A stretch of DNA of 32,000 nucleotides, taken from positions 2,220,001-2,252,000 of the forward strand of contig NZ_CP053627.1 of NCBI RefSeq assembly GCF_013177435.1. The letters are read 5' to 3'. This DNA is from Xylella taiwanensis. GTDB taxonomy: Bacteria; Pseudomonadota; Gammaproteobacteria; Xanthomonadales; Xanthomonadaceae. Positions within the stretch are counted from its first letter, which is position 1, and the number at the start of each line of letters is the position of its first letter. The notes under the pieces are model-generated. The model did no database searches. It had not been told where the DNA came from and saw only the letters and a list, made by a program, of their open reading frames with translations. This document shows positions 9,763-19,181 of the stretch, one piece after another. A program made the translations under genes and the position numbers.

Positions 9763-10446
9763 TTAGCCTTCGTTGCGCGAAATTGCGAAACGGTAGCCGC
9801 GGCCGCGTACCGTCTCAATTGGCTTCAGCTCACCACCTGGATCCAGCTTCTTCCGCAGGCGACCGATAAACACCTCCAACACATTTGAATCACGATCAAA
9901 ATCCTGCTGGTAAATATGCTCGGTCAAATCAGCCTTGGAAACTAACTCACCAGCATGCACCATCAGGTATTCAAGCACCTTGTACTCATAACTGGTAAGA
10001 TCGACATTGGTACCGTTAACACTCACCGTCTGCGCAGCAAGGTCAAGCGCAACCGAACCGCATTCCAAGGTTGGCTTACTCCAACCAGCAGCCCTACGCA
10101 ACAACGCATTGACACGCGCCAGCAATTCCTCAACATGGAACGGCTTAACCAAGTAATCATCAGCCCCGTGCTTCAGTCCCTCAACCTTGCTCTGCCAACT
10201 AGAGCGCGCCGTCAAGATTAACACTGGGAACTTCTTACCCTCGTCACGTAAAGCCTTGACAAGATCCATACCAGACATCTTCGGCAAACCCAAGTCAATA
10301 ATACCAACATCGAATGGCACCTCACGGCCCATGTAGATGCCTTCTTCACCATCCTGGGCGGCATCGACCGCGAACCCTTCACGTTTCAAACGCGCAGCTA
10401 ACGTCTCACGCAATGGGGCCTCATCTTCGACCAAAAGGATACGCAT
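9763..10446 (-). CDS. phoP: PhoP-type OmpR-family response regulator
   Basis: The sequence MRILLVEDE...IIDLGLP...LILTARSSWQSKVEGLKHGADDYLVKPFHVEEL...TVRGRGYRF is colinear with E. coli PhoP. Confidence 0.88.
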   Translation of the reverse strand: MRILLVEDEAPLRETLAARLKREGFAVDAAQDGEEGIYMGREVPFDVGIIDLGLPKMSGMDLVKALRDEGKKFPVLILTARSSWQSKVEGLKHGADDYLVKPFHVEELLARVNALLRRAAGWSKPTLECGSVALDLAAQTVSVNGTNVDLTSYEYKVLEYLMVHAGELVSKADLTEHIYQQDFDRDSNVLEVFIGRLRKKLDPGGELKPIETVRGRGYRFAISRNEG

Positions 10447-10536
10447 GAACTCTCCCTAGTTTCGTTAGTGGCCTGGAGGCCGTGGGAATGTAAATACACT
10501 CAAAAAACTATAATCAGGCGATCAAATCTATCGCAT

Positions 10537-10908
10537 TCAAAGGTTATCGGCACGTGGCGGTAATCCGTTTGTCTCAACGTCCATGTGTGACGAGCGTGGC
10601 AACTCACACGCCGGTAACGACTCGCCCATATAACACACAGCTACCCGACCATCATTATTCATATATTTGATTCGTTGAATATAACGCCCCCCAAACTGCA
10701 CCTGCTCTGCCCCAAGAATCTGCCCACCGGTGGTTCTCTGCACCTGCCTGATCGCGTCTGACAGGGTGTTATTTTTGCTACCATTGCGCGGAAGCAACCC
10801 GTGGCTATCCGGATGGCTACTTGGATCCTGCGCCCAGACCGGGTATGCAACCCAGCTAGCCATAACAACGACTATGACAAGGCAGCAATAGCGGAAAAAA
10901 AGCTTCAT
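10537..10908 (-). CDS. Small secreted PepSY-like protein upstream of phoPQ
   Basis: The start at ATG 10908 (MKLFFRYCCLVIVVVMASWVAYPVWA) gives a signal peptide. The segment LSDAIRQVQRTTGGQILGAEQVQFGGRYIQRIKYMNNDGRV resembles a PepSY fold pattern. The family call is from memory only. Confidence 0.55.
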   Translation of the reverse strand: MKLFFRYCCLVIVVVMASWVAYPVWAQDPSSHPDSHGLLPRNGSKNNTLSDAIRQVQRTTGGQILGAEQVQFGGRYIQRIKYMNNDGRVAVCYMGESLPACELPRSSHMDVETNGLPPRADNL

Positions 10909-11126
10909 GGCCTGGGATCCTAACAAATGCTTTTGGACCATTCAGAAAAGACACAAAAATCACCCTAAAACAAAGCAAATTATTGATTTTTAATGGTGAA
11001 TCATATCTGAACTTTCCAAAAGCGATCTAAGTGCGCTCATAATTATGAACAAAACATTTTTTCTCTTGAACTTAATGCCCTTGCATCTCAAACCTTACAT
11101 ATCTTGAGTGCAACAGAAGCACCCAA

Positions 11127-12137
11127 TCAAACTACTTCAAAATATGTTTCTTCGTCCTCAGTCATTGATAGTGCCTGCTCCACCAATGACCAGCTAGCAT
11201 CCAACCGTTGCGCACCTTCGGTGAGCACTTGGCGGAATACACGCCCCCCCGGTTGACCGTGGAATAGGCCAAGTAGATGGCGAGCAATGTGCCTGAACAT
11301 CAAACCCTGGTCCAGCCATGCCTCAACATAGGGTCGCAACGCACGCAACAGCCCCTTACGCGGACGTTGCGGCGCACTAGATAGGACACAATCCAATTGG
11401 TGCAAAATGTAAGGATCGTGATAAGCGGCCCGGCCAAGCATCACACCATCGACCATAGCCAGATGACCCAATCCAGCCTCAACCGAGGCAATGCCACCAT
11501 TCAGCACTATTGCCAATCCCGGACACTCACGCTTCAAACGGTAAACCCAATCGTAACGTAACGGTGGTATTTCGCGGTTCTCCTTAGGTGAAAGGCCCTG
11601 CAACCAAGCATTGCGTGCATGTACCAAGATCATGCTACTACCCGCCATGCTCACACAATCGACGAACGCGGCAAAACGTTCGTAATCGTCATCCTCATTC
11701 ACTCCGAGCCGACATTTGACTGTGACCGGAACTGAAACTGCTGCTGCCATCGTTGCCACACAATCGGCAACTAACTCAGGCTTACGCATCAAACAGGCAC
11801 CAAAACACCCAGCCTGAACCCGATCGGAAGGACAACCACAGTTGAGATTGATCTCGTTGTACCCCCAGTCCATGGCGATACGCGCAGCTTTTGCCAGCAA
11901 TGTCGGCTCACTACCCCCCAACTGCAAGGCAACCGGCTGCTCAAACGACGCAAAGTCCAATAGCCGCTCACGGTCACCATAAATCACTGCTTTGGCATGC
12001 ACCATCTCTGTGTACAACCGGGCTGACGGTGCCAATACTCGATGGAAGGTGCGGCAATAGCGGTCAGTCCAATTCATCATCGGAGCAACAGATAGACGAA
12101 TATTATTATTTCTCAATGAACTATCTACCATACTCAT
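11127..12137 (-). CDS. dusA: tRNA-dihydrouridine(20/20a) synthase
   Basis: Motifs SVAPMMNWTDRYCRTFHR, NLNCGCPSDRVQ (catalytic Cys) and VTVKCRLG identify it. The 336-aa length is typical of DusA. Confidence 0.93.
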   Translation of the reverse strand: MSMVDSSLRNNNIRLSVAPMMNWTDRYCRTFHRVLAPSARLYTEMVHAKAVIYGDRERLLDFASFEQPVALQLGGSEPTLLAKAARIAMDWGYNEINLNCGCPSDRVQAGCFGACLMRKPELVADCVATMAAAVSVPVTVKCRLGVNEDDDYERFAAFVDCVSMAGSSMILVHARNAWLQGLSPKENREIPPLRYDWVYRLKRECPGLAIVLNGGIASVEAGLGHLAMVDGVMLGRAAYHDPYILHQLDCVLSSAPQRPRKGLLRALRPYVEAWLDQGLMFRHIARHLLGLFHGQPGGRVFRQVLTEGAQRLDASWSLVEQALSMTEDEETYFEVV

Positions 12138-15100
12138 AAATCAGCCCCGGAATTCTCTCAAACGAAGCTATTTTTTTTCCTTAAAAAACGTTCCCACAAA
12201 GTCGTACCAATATTGCACTAAGCCAAAGTGGCAGACCAGCATGGCAACAACAGAGCAACACAGGAAAATAATAGCGTTTAAAAGCTATTCTACAACGTCG
12301 AAAACGTTGAATGGATCACGTGAAAACCTCACCACACTCGGCGAAAGCTTCCGAAGACGCACTGCGTGCAGGACAACACACATGATAGCAACCCGATAGC
12401 CACCTAGATTGAAGAAATGCAGAGGTTCAAGGTTACATCGGGAAACAACAAAATCAACAACCTGAAACGCCAGGATATCAAGAAATCGAGACACTAACAG
12501 ATCAGAACATCATGAGTCATCTAATCAACTGCAACTCAAATTTAACAATACTCATGGAAATGTACTCCATAGATTAAAGTGCTCGTCGCTATGCGATCAT
12601 TTTCGAACATCCCTTGCCAAACATGGCGACCTTAGCGCATTCCACACCACACCTCACATAGCACCATCACCAAACCACATAGAGCAACACCCGACAAACT
12701 CAAAGCGCTAGAGCGATTCAAGTTCGACGCGTGACTCCTTAATATATTCCCTGATATCGCATTACCATAGACTCGACCATGCAGATGAAATAAATAATCG
12801 ACCTTCACTCAGCAGTAATACGCCCCCAGAAAGCGAACCTATGCCACTGGCCGCACAGTCCAAAAAATCCCAGAAAGAAAGTAACGAAAGGATCAAGAGA
12901 AATCACCTACATTTATATGCCCACTACCATAGTTACGTAATGTTGTTTAATTTAAAAAGCAAGACAGACAACATCGGTACTGCATTAAATACCACGACTT
13001 GTGACACGAAGGAACATCAGGCTTGTTCGAACAGGTTTAAGCACACCATCACTACTGGGAGCACACCGCCAGGAAATCGCTCAAACGTTACAACGACTTG
13101 GAACCAACGTCTCTCCACCCAAACGCTACGCCAGTTTGGAATTCTGGAGTCTGCCTAAAATGATCATTAGCCGTCAGTTCGATTCAGCCCGGATAGGAAC
13201 TACTCATTTATCTATGTAACTCAAAATAGAATGTGCACAATGATCTCTTTTCTTAACGGGAATATAATAGCCTTCTTGTCAAACAACGTAAAAATTTCAG
13301 TACCCAACCATCCGTCCTCACGTCGATGATGCTTCGACAAAAGTCCATTCACCTTCAAGAGGGAGGAACTTACTATCAGCTTAATCGCCGGACGATTCTT
13401 GATAACATTTCACAGATTAATGAGTACCCAGTTATCAGGAGGAATTGCTCTTTGTCAAAGCACATAGATTCGACGCAGCTTTCATACCAACTTACACAAG
13501 CATTGCATGAAAATTACAATCAATGAGGCTTATTTTAGAATTTCCTCAACAATACCAGCCTGCTTGAGATCGTTCAGAACGACAGCTAAAACAGGGAGAT
13601 TTTTATCAACATTGACTGTCATTGTTTACCTGTCGCCTGAGAATGCTGCTGCTATATTCATTTCTACAATCTTAGTGATTTCCTCTTTTTTCCAAAAAGT
13701 AAACTCATAAAATTATCAATAGTTACGCTCGCCCATACCCAAAAACCTACCACAGAAGAGCTTAGGAGCTTGTCAAAATCACACATCAACGTAAGACCAA
13801 TATATAGACCTATTCTTTAGCTGCAACTGTAAAAATACAATACCCACCTTCGTAATCTTATTACTTAATAAATTAATAATAAAATTCACTATCAATACTT
13901 GACCATAAGAAAAAAACTCCATGAAGGATAACTGAACATTAATCATAAATCCAAATTGAAATAAATTCATATTAAAAATGGATGAAGGTTAAAAAATATT
14001 CTTTCACTCCAGGATCACTTTTTTTCTTGTTACTTCTAAGCCTGTTTATTGCTTTCACATAAAAATTAGTAAATATGTCCATTATTTACTTAATGCAAAT
14101 AACAATACATACAATGAAAACTATTACTTCGCACTTAAGTCCATCTGTTGTACCAATACAGTGCTACTCAAACGCTACACAGGCTAGACAGCCAATGGCA
14201 TCGTATCAACCATTCTGGAACGGAGAAATAAACATCAAGAAAGGATTCACGCAATCGCATTTAGGAATACCGTGGAAATCTTGGATGCCACATTAAATCC
14301 AGATCTTTCTTCCTATGTCTTTGACTCAATCGACCATGTCTTGATGTCTTGAATAATGTGACACTGACACTTACTCACCTCGGTAAACACTCTCCTTGCC
14401 ACTTCCTATTAAACACCTGGCAGGCTTAAAGCCTTAAGTGAGTCATGCCAAGTTCGTCAGTCAGATCGATTTGTTATCCAACGGTTCTCTTTTTTAGTCT
14501 TACGAGGTATGGTTGCAGAGTTTCAAAGTTCTGCAATTTAAGTCTTTTTTAGCTGGCACCGTACTTTCTTGAAATTCTCCAGAAATTTTAATTAAAGCAC
14601 ATCAACTATGAAAATAATTCAGATTATGCAATCCAATTTTTTCTCTTGTGATTAGTAGTTATTGAACAATTTTAGGACGAACATTTAATTAATTTTTTAA
14701 TTAGACCGACCCCAATTCATCGAAAACCAGCAGATGAGTTGCACCCTTCGTCTGAATTGCAAACACCGCTAGAACCGCCAGACTCCTAGCGACATTCACA
14801 TACTCGCTAATCTTCGTTCAAAAACACATTGATTTCATAGTCAACATTTCAACTGCAGAAAATATAAAAAATTTTCAACCACACCTATCAAAATGACGCA
14901 TGACTGGCTCGAGCTTTTATCATTCGGGGCATCCTTGAAACTTATGTCGATAAATATACTACCATTTTACATTTAGATTTATAATATTGAATTTGACGTT
15001 TGGGAACACTCGCCACTTAATGATCTCTTGCCAAGCACATTAAAATTTCTTCCTCCAAATTCAGGCATGCTCTTTGGGTAATATGACTACTGAAAGTGGA

Positions 15101-15449
15101 ATAGCGAAGATGATGTTCATTCTATAAGAATCCCAGCACTACATTGGCCTCAGTGATAATGGATTCATCAAATGCAATGAACGACCTAGACGGTGATTAC
15201 CTCGTGCTATTCGTATACTCAGAAGAAGAAAATCTAAGCAAACTCTAAAATGTCGCCTACCCTCGGAAGCAGTTAACTCGCATCCTGATGTGGCAAATAC
15301 GATCTGTAGAACACACCCCAGCTTCAGTCAATCTGACTAATAAAAAGCGGCGCCCCTTGCGGGACGCCACTCTGAAAAACACACCATATTCAGACACTTA
15401 ATGCTACTGGCAATAACAGTCGTTAAATCATTGTAGAAGCATCCGACCG
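12138..15449. other. AT-rich, ORF-poor tract between the dusA 5-prime end and the TonB-dependent receptor (about 3.3 kb)
   Basis: Only low-complexity ORFs of 60-105 aa are present. By hand count, lines 13861-13980 are about 20 % GC. The plus strand is strongly C>G: 12601-12660 has G=7 and C=23. Confidence 0.7.
15338..15370 (-). terminator. Rho-independent terminator of the TonB-dependent receptor gene
   Basis: The minus strand reads GGCGUCCC-GCAA-GGGGCGCC, an 8-bp stem with one G-U pair and a GNRA loop, followed by GCUUUUUAUUA. It lies about 80 nt past the stop codon. Confidence 0.6.
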
Positions 15450-17495
15450 CTAAAAGAACATACGCAAACCAATCGTATAGTTACGGCCGGCCAACATCAC
15501 ATCGTCCTTTAGGAAGGAAGTATGAACACGGGCATCGCTGTTGGTGAGATTGTTACCATCGAAGAACACTTCCCACGCAGTGCTGTCAACATCAATGTGG
15601 TAGGCCAAATGTGCGTCTACCATGGTATATCCTGCGGTTGGGGTCTCGTTGACAGCGACTTTGTTCTGCTTTTCATAGCGCTTAACACCCAACGATGTGC
15701 GCCAACCACCGTCCTCCCAGCGCAGATCCGCCCCGTAGCGCATTGGAACGATACGCGGCAGATTACCTCCATCTTTCAAGCGACCACGAACCCCATCGCC
15801 AAACACACGTAGGTCCCAAGCCCCACTCGCATTGTTAGCCAAGTGGAAGGTGGCCTCACCTTCAATGCCACGGAAAATCGCATTAGCTTGCGACCACTGA
15901 CGGATCGGCAAGTCACGCTGCTCCTCATCCCAAAACCAAGTAGTACCAGTATCGACTAAGTAGATGAAGTTGTCATAGCGGCTGTAGTAGGTCGAGATTT
16001 TGGCATCACTCCAATCGTTACGGAACACTAGCCCCAACTCAGCTTGGTTAGCCTTTTCCTTCTTCAGATCGGCACGACCGACTTCATAAGCAAGAGTGGC
16101 AATGTGCGGACCATTCGCAAACAGTTCCTCCTCAACTGGAGCACGCTCGGCATGATCAATGTTCAAGGTCAGCCGCCATTGCTTACCGAGTGCGAAATCA
16201 CTACTGAACGACAGGCTTCCCGGATGATAGGTCTGAGTGATGCCATTATCGGTATCGTATTTAACCTGCTCACCACGCGCACCGAATTCTGCTTGAAACG
16301 CCCCCCAAGTGTTGCGCGCTAATCCGAACACACCCATCGATTGGTTCTTAGTCTTTGGTACAAACGACTCTTCGCCAACCGCCTGGAAAGTGGAATCGCC
16401 CCCTTGCATACCAAATGCAGTCCGCCAACCACCACCAAACAAAAAGGAAGCCTCAATCCGTCCCTCTGTGGCACGCTTGGCAAATGTAGTGCCAACATTA
16501 TTTCCCTCAAACTCGATGTGGTCATATTGGGTGTGGCCTAGACTGAAACGCAGGCCACTGCCCTCACCCCACGGATCAGTCAAACCGGCTTTCAGGTCAT
16601 AACGATCCTGGTGCAGTTGCAACCAAGTACCGCGGTCACCTGCAGTAGGATCACCAGGTTCACCTGGATTACCGTAACTGTCATGAAAACGCGCAGCTGA
16701 CAGACCAAAGAAACCCCAGCCACCGCTCAACGAAGCACCAACCGAGCCAGATTTGGTGTCGATGTACGAGTTAACCTGTCGCCCTTTCGGCGTGTCATAG
16801 TCCTTCTGGTTACGGTAAACACCGTCCGCATGGACCGAAAGAGCACTACCATTGCCAGCATCGATGCGGAACATGTCGGTATTACCATTTTTGTCGCCAC
16901 CGTCAAAACGCACCTCAGCACGTCCGTTGAAACCTCTCATGGGCGTTTCAGCGATACGTCCATCGACTATATTGACTACGCCACCAATCGCGCCTGAGCC
17001 ATATAGTAAGGTGGATGGGCCTTTTAACACTTCGATCTGATTAGCTAAAAACGGCTCGACCGCTGGCGAGTGATCCTGGCTGACCGTAGACACGTCCTGA
17101 GAGGATAAACCGTCATTGAGAATGGCAACACGCGGACCATCCAGACCACGGATGATAGGGCGGCCCACACCAGGGCCAAAATTAGAGCTCTGCACACCAG
17201 GCAAGCTGGCAACAGTTTCCCCAAGGCTACTGGTACGTACTTCATCCAACCTCTCGCCAGTCAGTAGTGCAACCGGGCGGTTCAGGTCGCTAAAAGCATC
17301 ACGCAACGGACTAGCCGTAACGATTACTGCGTCCAGGTCCTTGAGGTGACGACCGATTTCAGTTGTTTTGGCGTGACGTGAATCAGTGGGTGGCGGCACA
17401 ACGTCAGCCATGGCCAACACTGGAACGAAAAGTAAACTGGAGACAGTCAGAAAAAGAACGGTGCGAGGTGAAATACTGAGATGAGGGACAAACAT
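15450..17495 (-). CDS. TonB-dependent outer-membrane receptor, possibly for a metal or metal chelate
   Basis: It has a signal peptide ending VLAMA-DVV and a plug region DAVIVTASPL...GVGRPIIRGLDG. The beta-barrel is rich in G/Y/N, and the C-terminus ends ...YTIGLRMFF with a terminal aromatic residue. Length is 681 aa. Confidence 0.9.
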   Translation of the reverse strand: MFVPHLSISPRTVLFLTVSSLLFVPVLAMADVVPPPTDSRHAKTTEIGRHLKDLDAVIVTASPLRDAFSDLNRPVALLTGERLDEVRTSSLGETVASLPGVQSSNFGPGVGRPIIRGLDGPRVAILNDGLSSQDVSTVSQDHSPAVEPFLANQIEVLKGPSTLLYGSGAIGGVVNIVDGRIAETPMRGFNGRAEVRFDGGDKNGNTDMFRIDAGNGSALSVHADGVYRNQKDYDTPKGRQVNSYIDTKSGSVGASLSGGWGFFGLSAARFHDSYGNPGEPGDPTAGDRGTWLQLHQDRYDLKAGLTDPWGEGSGLRFSLGHTQYDHIEFEGNNVGTTFAKRATEGRIEASFLFGGGWRTAFGMQGGDSTFQAVGEESFVPKTKNQSMGVFGLARNTWGAFQAEFGARGEQVKYDTDNGITQTYHPGSLSFSSDFALGKQWRLTLNIDHAERAPVEEELFANGPHIATLAYEVGRADLKKEKANQAELGLVFRNDWSDAKISTYYSRYDNFIYLVDTGTTWFWDEEQRDLPIRQWSQANAIFRGIEGEATFHLANNASGAWDLRVFGDGVRGRLKDGGNLPRIVPMRYGADLRWEDGGWRTSLGVKRYEKQNKVAVNETPTAGYTMVDAHLAYHIDVDSTAWEVFFDGNNLTNSDARVHTSFLKDDVMLAGRNYTIGLRMFF

Positions 17496-17598
17496 ATTAA
17501 ATCCGTACAGTTATGAAGTACCAGTAATGACGTTCTATGATTGATTGAAGAGATGAATCTAAAGTTGAAAGATTGTAATACCATAGCGAGCCTAGCAA

Positions 17599-17616
17599 GA
17601 AATATTATATCATTAC
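17599..17616. promoter_or_regulatory. Candidate Zur/Fur-type operator in the receptor/MerC-like divergent intergenic region
   Basis: GAAATATTATATCATTAC resembles the GAAATGTTATA half-site of gammaproteobacterial Zur boxes as I remember them. It is only a weak palindrome. Confidence 0.2.
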
Positions 17617-17642
17617 CAATTCTTTATAGCTTATTGAAGAAT

Positions 17643-18062
17643 ATGAAAGTCATGCTAGGACGCACATTTCGTCATCGACTCGATCACTTCGGTGCAACCG
17701 GCTCGCTGCTGTGCGCAGTACACTGCGCAGTGCTGCCGCTGTTGCTAGTCATCGCCCCGACCTCTGGGCTCCTGTTATGGTTTGGAGACGAGGTTGAACA
17801 GATGATCGTACTATCGGTAACCTTACTTGGTCTGTTCAGCTTAGTACTCAGTTACTTCCAGCACCGCGCTTGGCACGCACTTGGCATTTTGTTGCCTGGG
17901 CTAACGCTATTATGGTTGGGCTTACTATACAAACCACTACACTATGCACCGACTATACATGCTGTGACGATGGCTATCGGCGGAACCCTGATCGGCATCG
18001 CGCACGCGGTAAACCTACACCTGAATCATAGTTATATTGATAACACTTGCTCAGAACACTAA
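17643..18062 (+). CDS. MerC-family small integral membrane protein
   Basis: The sequence GATGSLLCAVHCAVLPLLLV, about four TM helices and a length near 139 aa fit the family. ATG at 17643 (or 17652) is the likely start; the ORF-track TTG at 17541 adds an AT-rich non-hydrophobic leader. Confidence 0.65.
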   Translation: MKVMLGRTFRHRLDHFGATGSLLCAVHCAVLPLLLVIAPTSGLLLWFGDEVEQMIVLSVTLLGLFSLVLSYFQHRAWHALGILLPGLTLLWLGLLYKPLHYAPTIHAVTMAIGGTLIGIAHAVNLHLNHSYIDNTCSEH

Positions 18063-18197
18063 AAGCATGGGTGCCATACTCGGACAGATACCCGAGCAAG
18101 CGCCATCATGATATATTTGTACCCTTAAGCGAAACTCCCTATTAGCTATTAGTAGCAAGCTGTTTCGCGACCTTCCGCTCTACCAGGAGTTAATAAA

Positions 18198-18380
18198 ATG
18201 GGTAAAGGTGACCGCAAAACCACCAAGGGCAAGCGCTATAACGCCAGCTACGGGAATTCTCGTCCGCATAGTACAAGCAGGGTATCGGTAGACACAGCGG
18301 CATCTGTCTCCGACAAGCGTCTCTCTAAAACGCCATCCCCCAAGGCCGTTATTAAGAAAACAGTTGCCAAAGTCAGCTGA
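18198..18380 (+). CDS. Thx-family small ribosomal protein with a long basic Ser/Thr/Lys-rich tail
   Basis: MGKGDRKTTKGKRYNASYGNSRP matches the Thermus Thx core ([22 protein letters not shown]) from memory. A strong SD AGGAG lies 8 nt upstream of the ATG. Confidence 0.7.
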   Translation: MGKGDRKTTKGKRYNASYGNSRPHSTSRVSVDTAASVSDKRLSKTPSPKAVIKKTVAKVS

Positions 18381-19181
18381 CTTGATATGAGCTTGACCGC
18401 AGTAAAAACACACTGATTGCCTAGCAATACCTCCAATCCAGTTTGCTAGAGCTAGTTGCTTCCTCGCCTTCGACCCCACATTTTCTTTTCTGGAAATATG
18501 GAATAGCGGTTTGCTCCCAGTGAATCGTCTTGGCGGATCAGCGCTGATGGCCTCGACCTCCTTAGCGTTGTAGATGTACTTAATCAAAGTGCCTTTTGTC
18601 CTAGAACAGCGTGCCTTAAAGATTTAAATTTGATTGGATCTAATGAAAGGATTGTCTTTAAAAACGGTGTTAAGGCACATAACCAAAGGCGATTCTGCTC
18701 CGCACGTCGGATCAAACCGACCTTGTGCCATCCTCAGAATTAATGGAATGGCCGAATTCCTTTCTCTACCAAGCCGAAGAAGGGGCTATGGATCTGGCTA
18801 TATCCACAGATAAGCGCCTTCATTGATATCGTTGGACTCATTGAACGGATACACCACATCTACCAAATGACTGCCGTAGTTGATCTAACCGTCGACCTTC
18901 GTCTGAACACCCAGACACAGTACACTGACTTGCGATACAAACCTAACTCAACACCATGCAACATCTTTAACAAACATTGAAGGGTTACAGTGACTCAGCA
19001 ACACCATTTACAGCACAAATAGCCCAAAAACATACCTCTGTCCGCGCACCAGCCGCGCAGATTCCGCCCGATCAATGTAACCCAGCACTGTCAACAATCG
19101 GTAAAAGTTATTTTGGTTGAAATAACCACACTCTTTGGGCATCCATACACGGCAACACTAGCTATCTCCAAGTAAACAGCT

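Noticed and set aside
12841-13219. 105-aa and 72-aa ORFs in the dusA-proximal AT-rich tract
   Set aside because: They are low-complexity, Thr/Asn/Ser/Lys-rich, overlap each other and have no RBS or motifs.
18611-18678. 9-bp inverted repeat GTGCCTTAA ... TTAAGGCAC with a 50-nt spacer
   Set aside because: The arms are short, the loop is long and AT-rich, and no T-run or adjacent gene gives it a role. It may well be chance.
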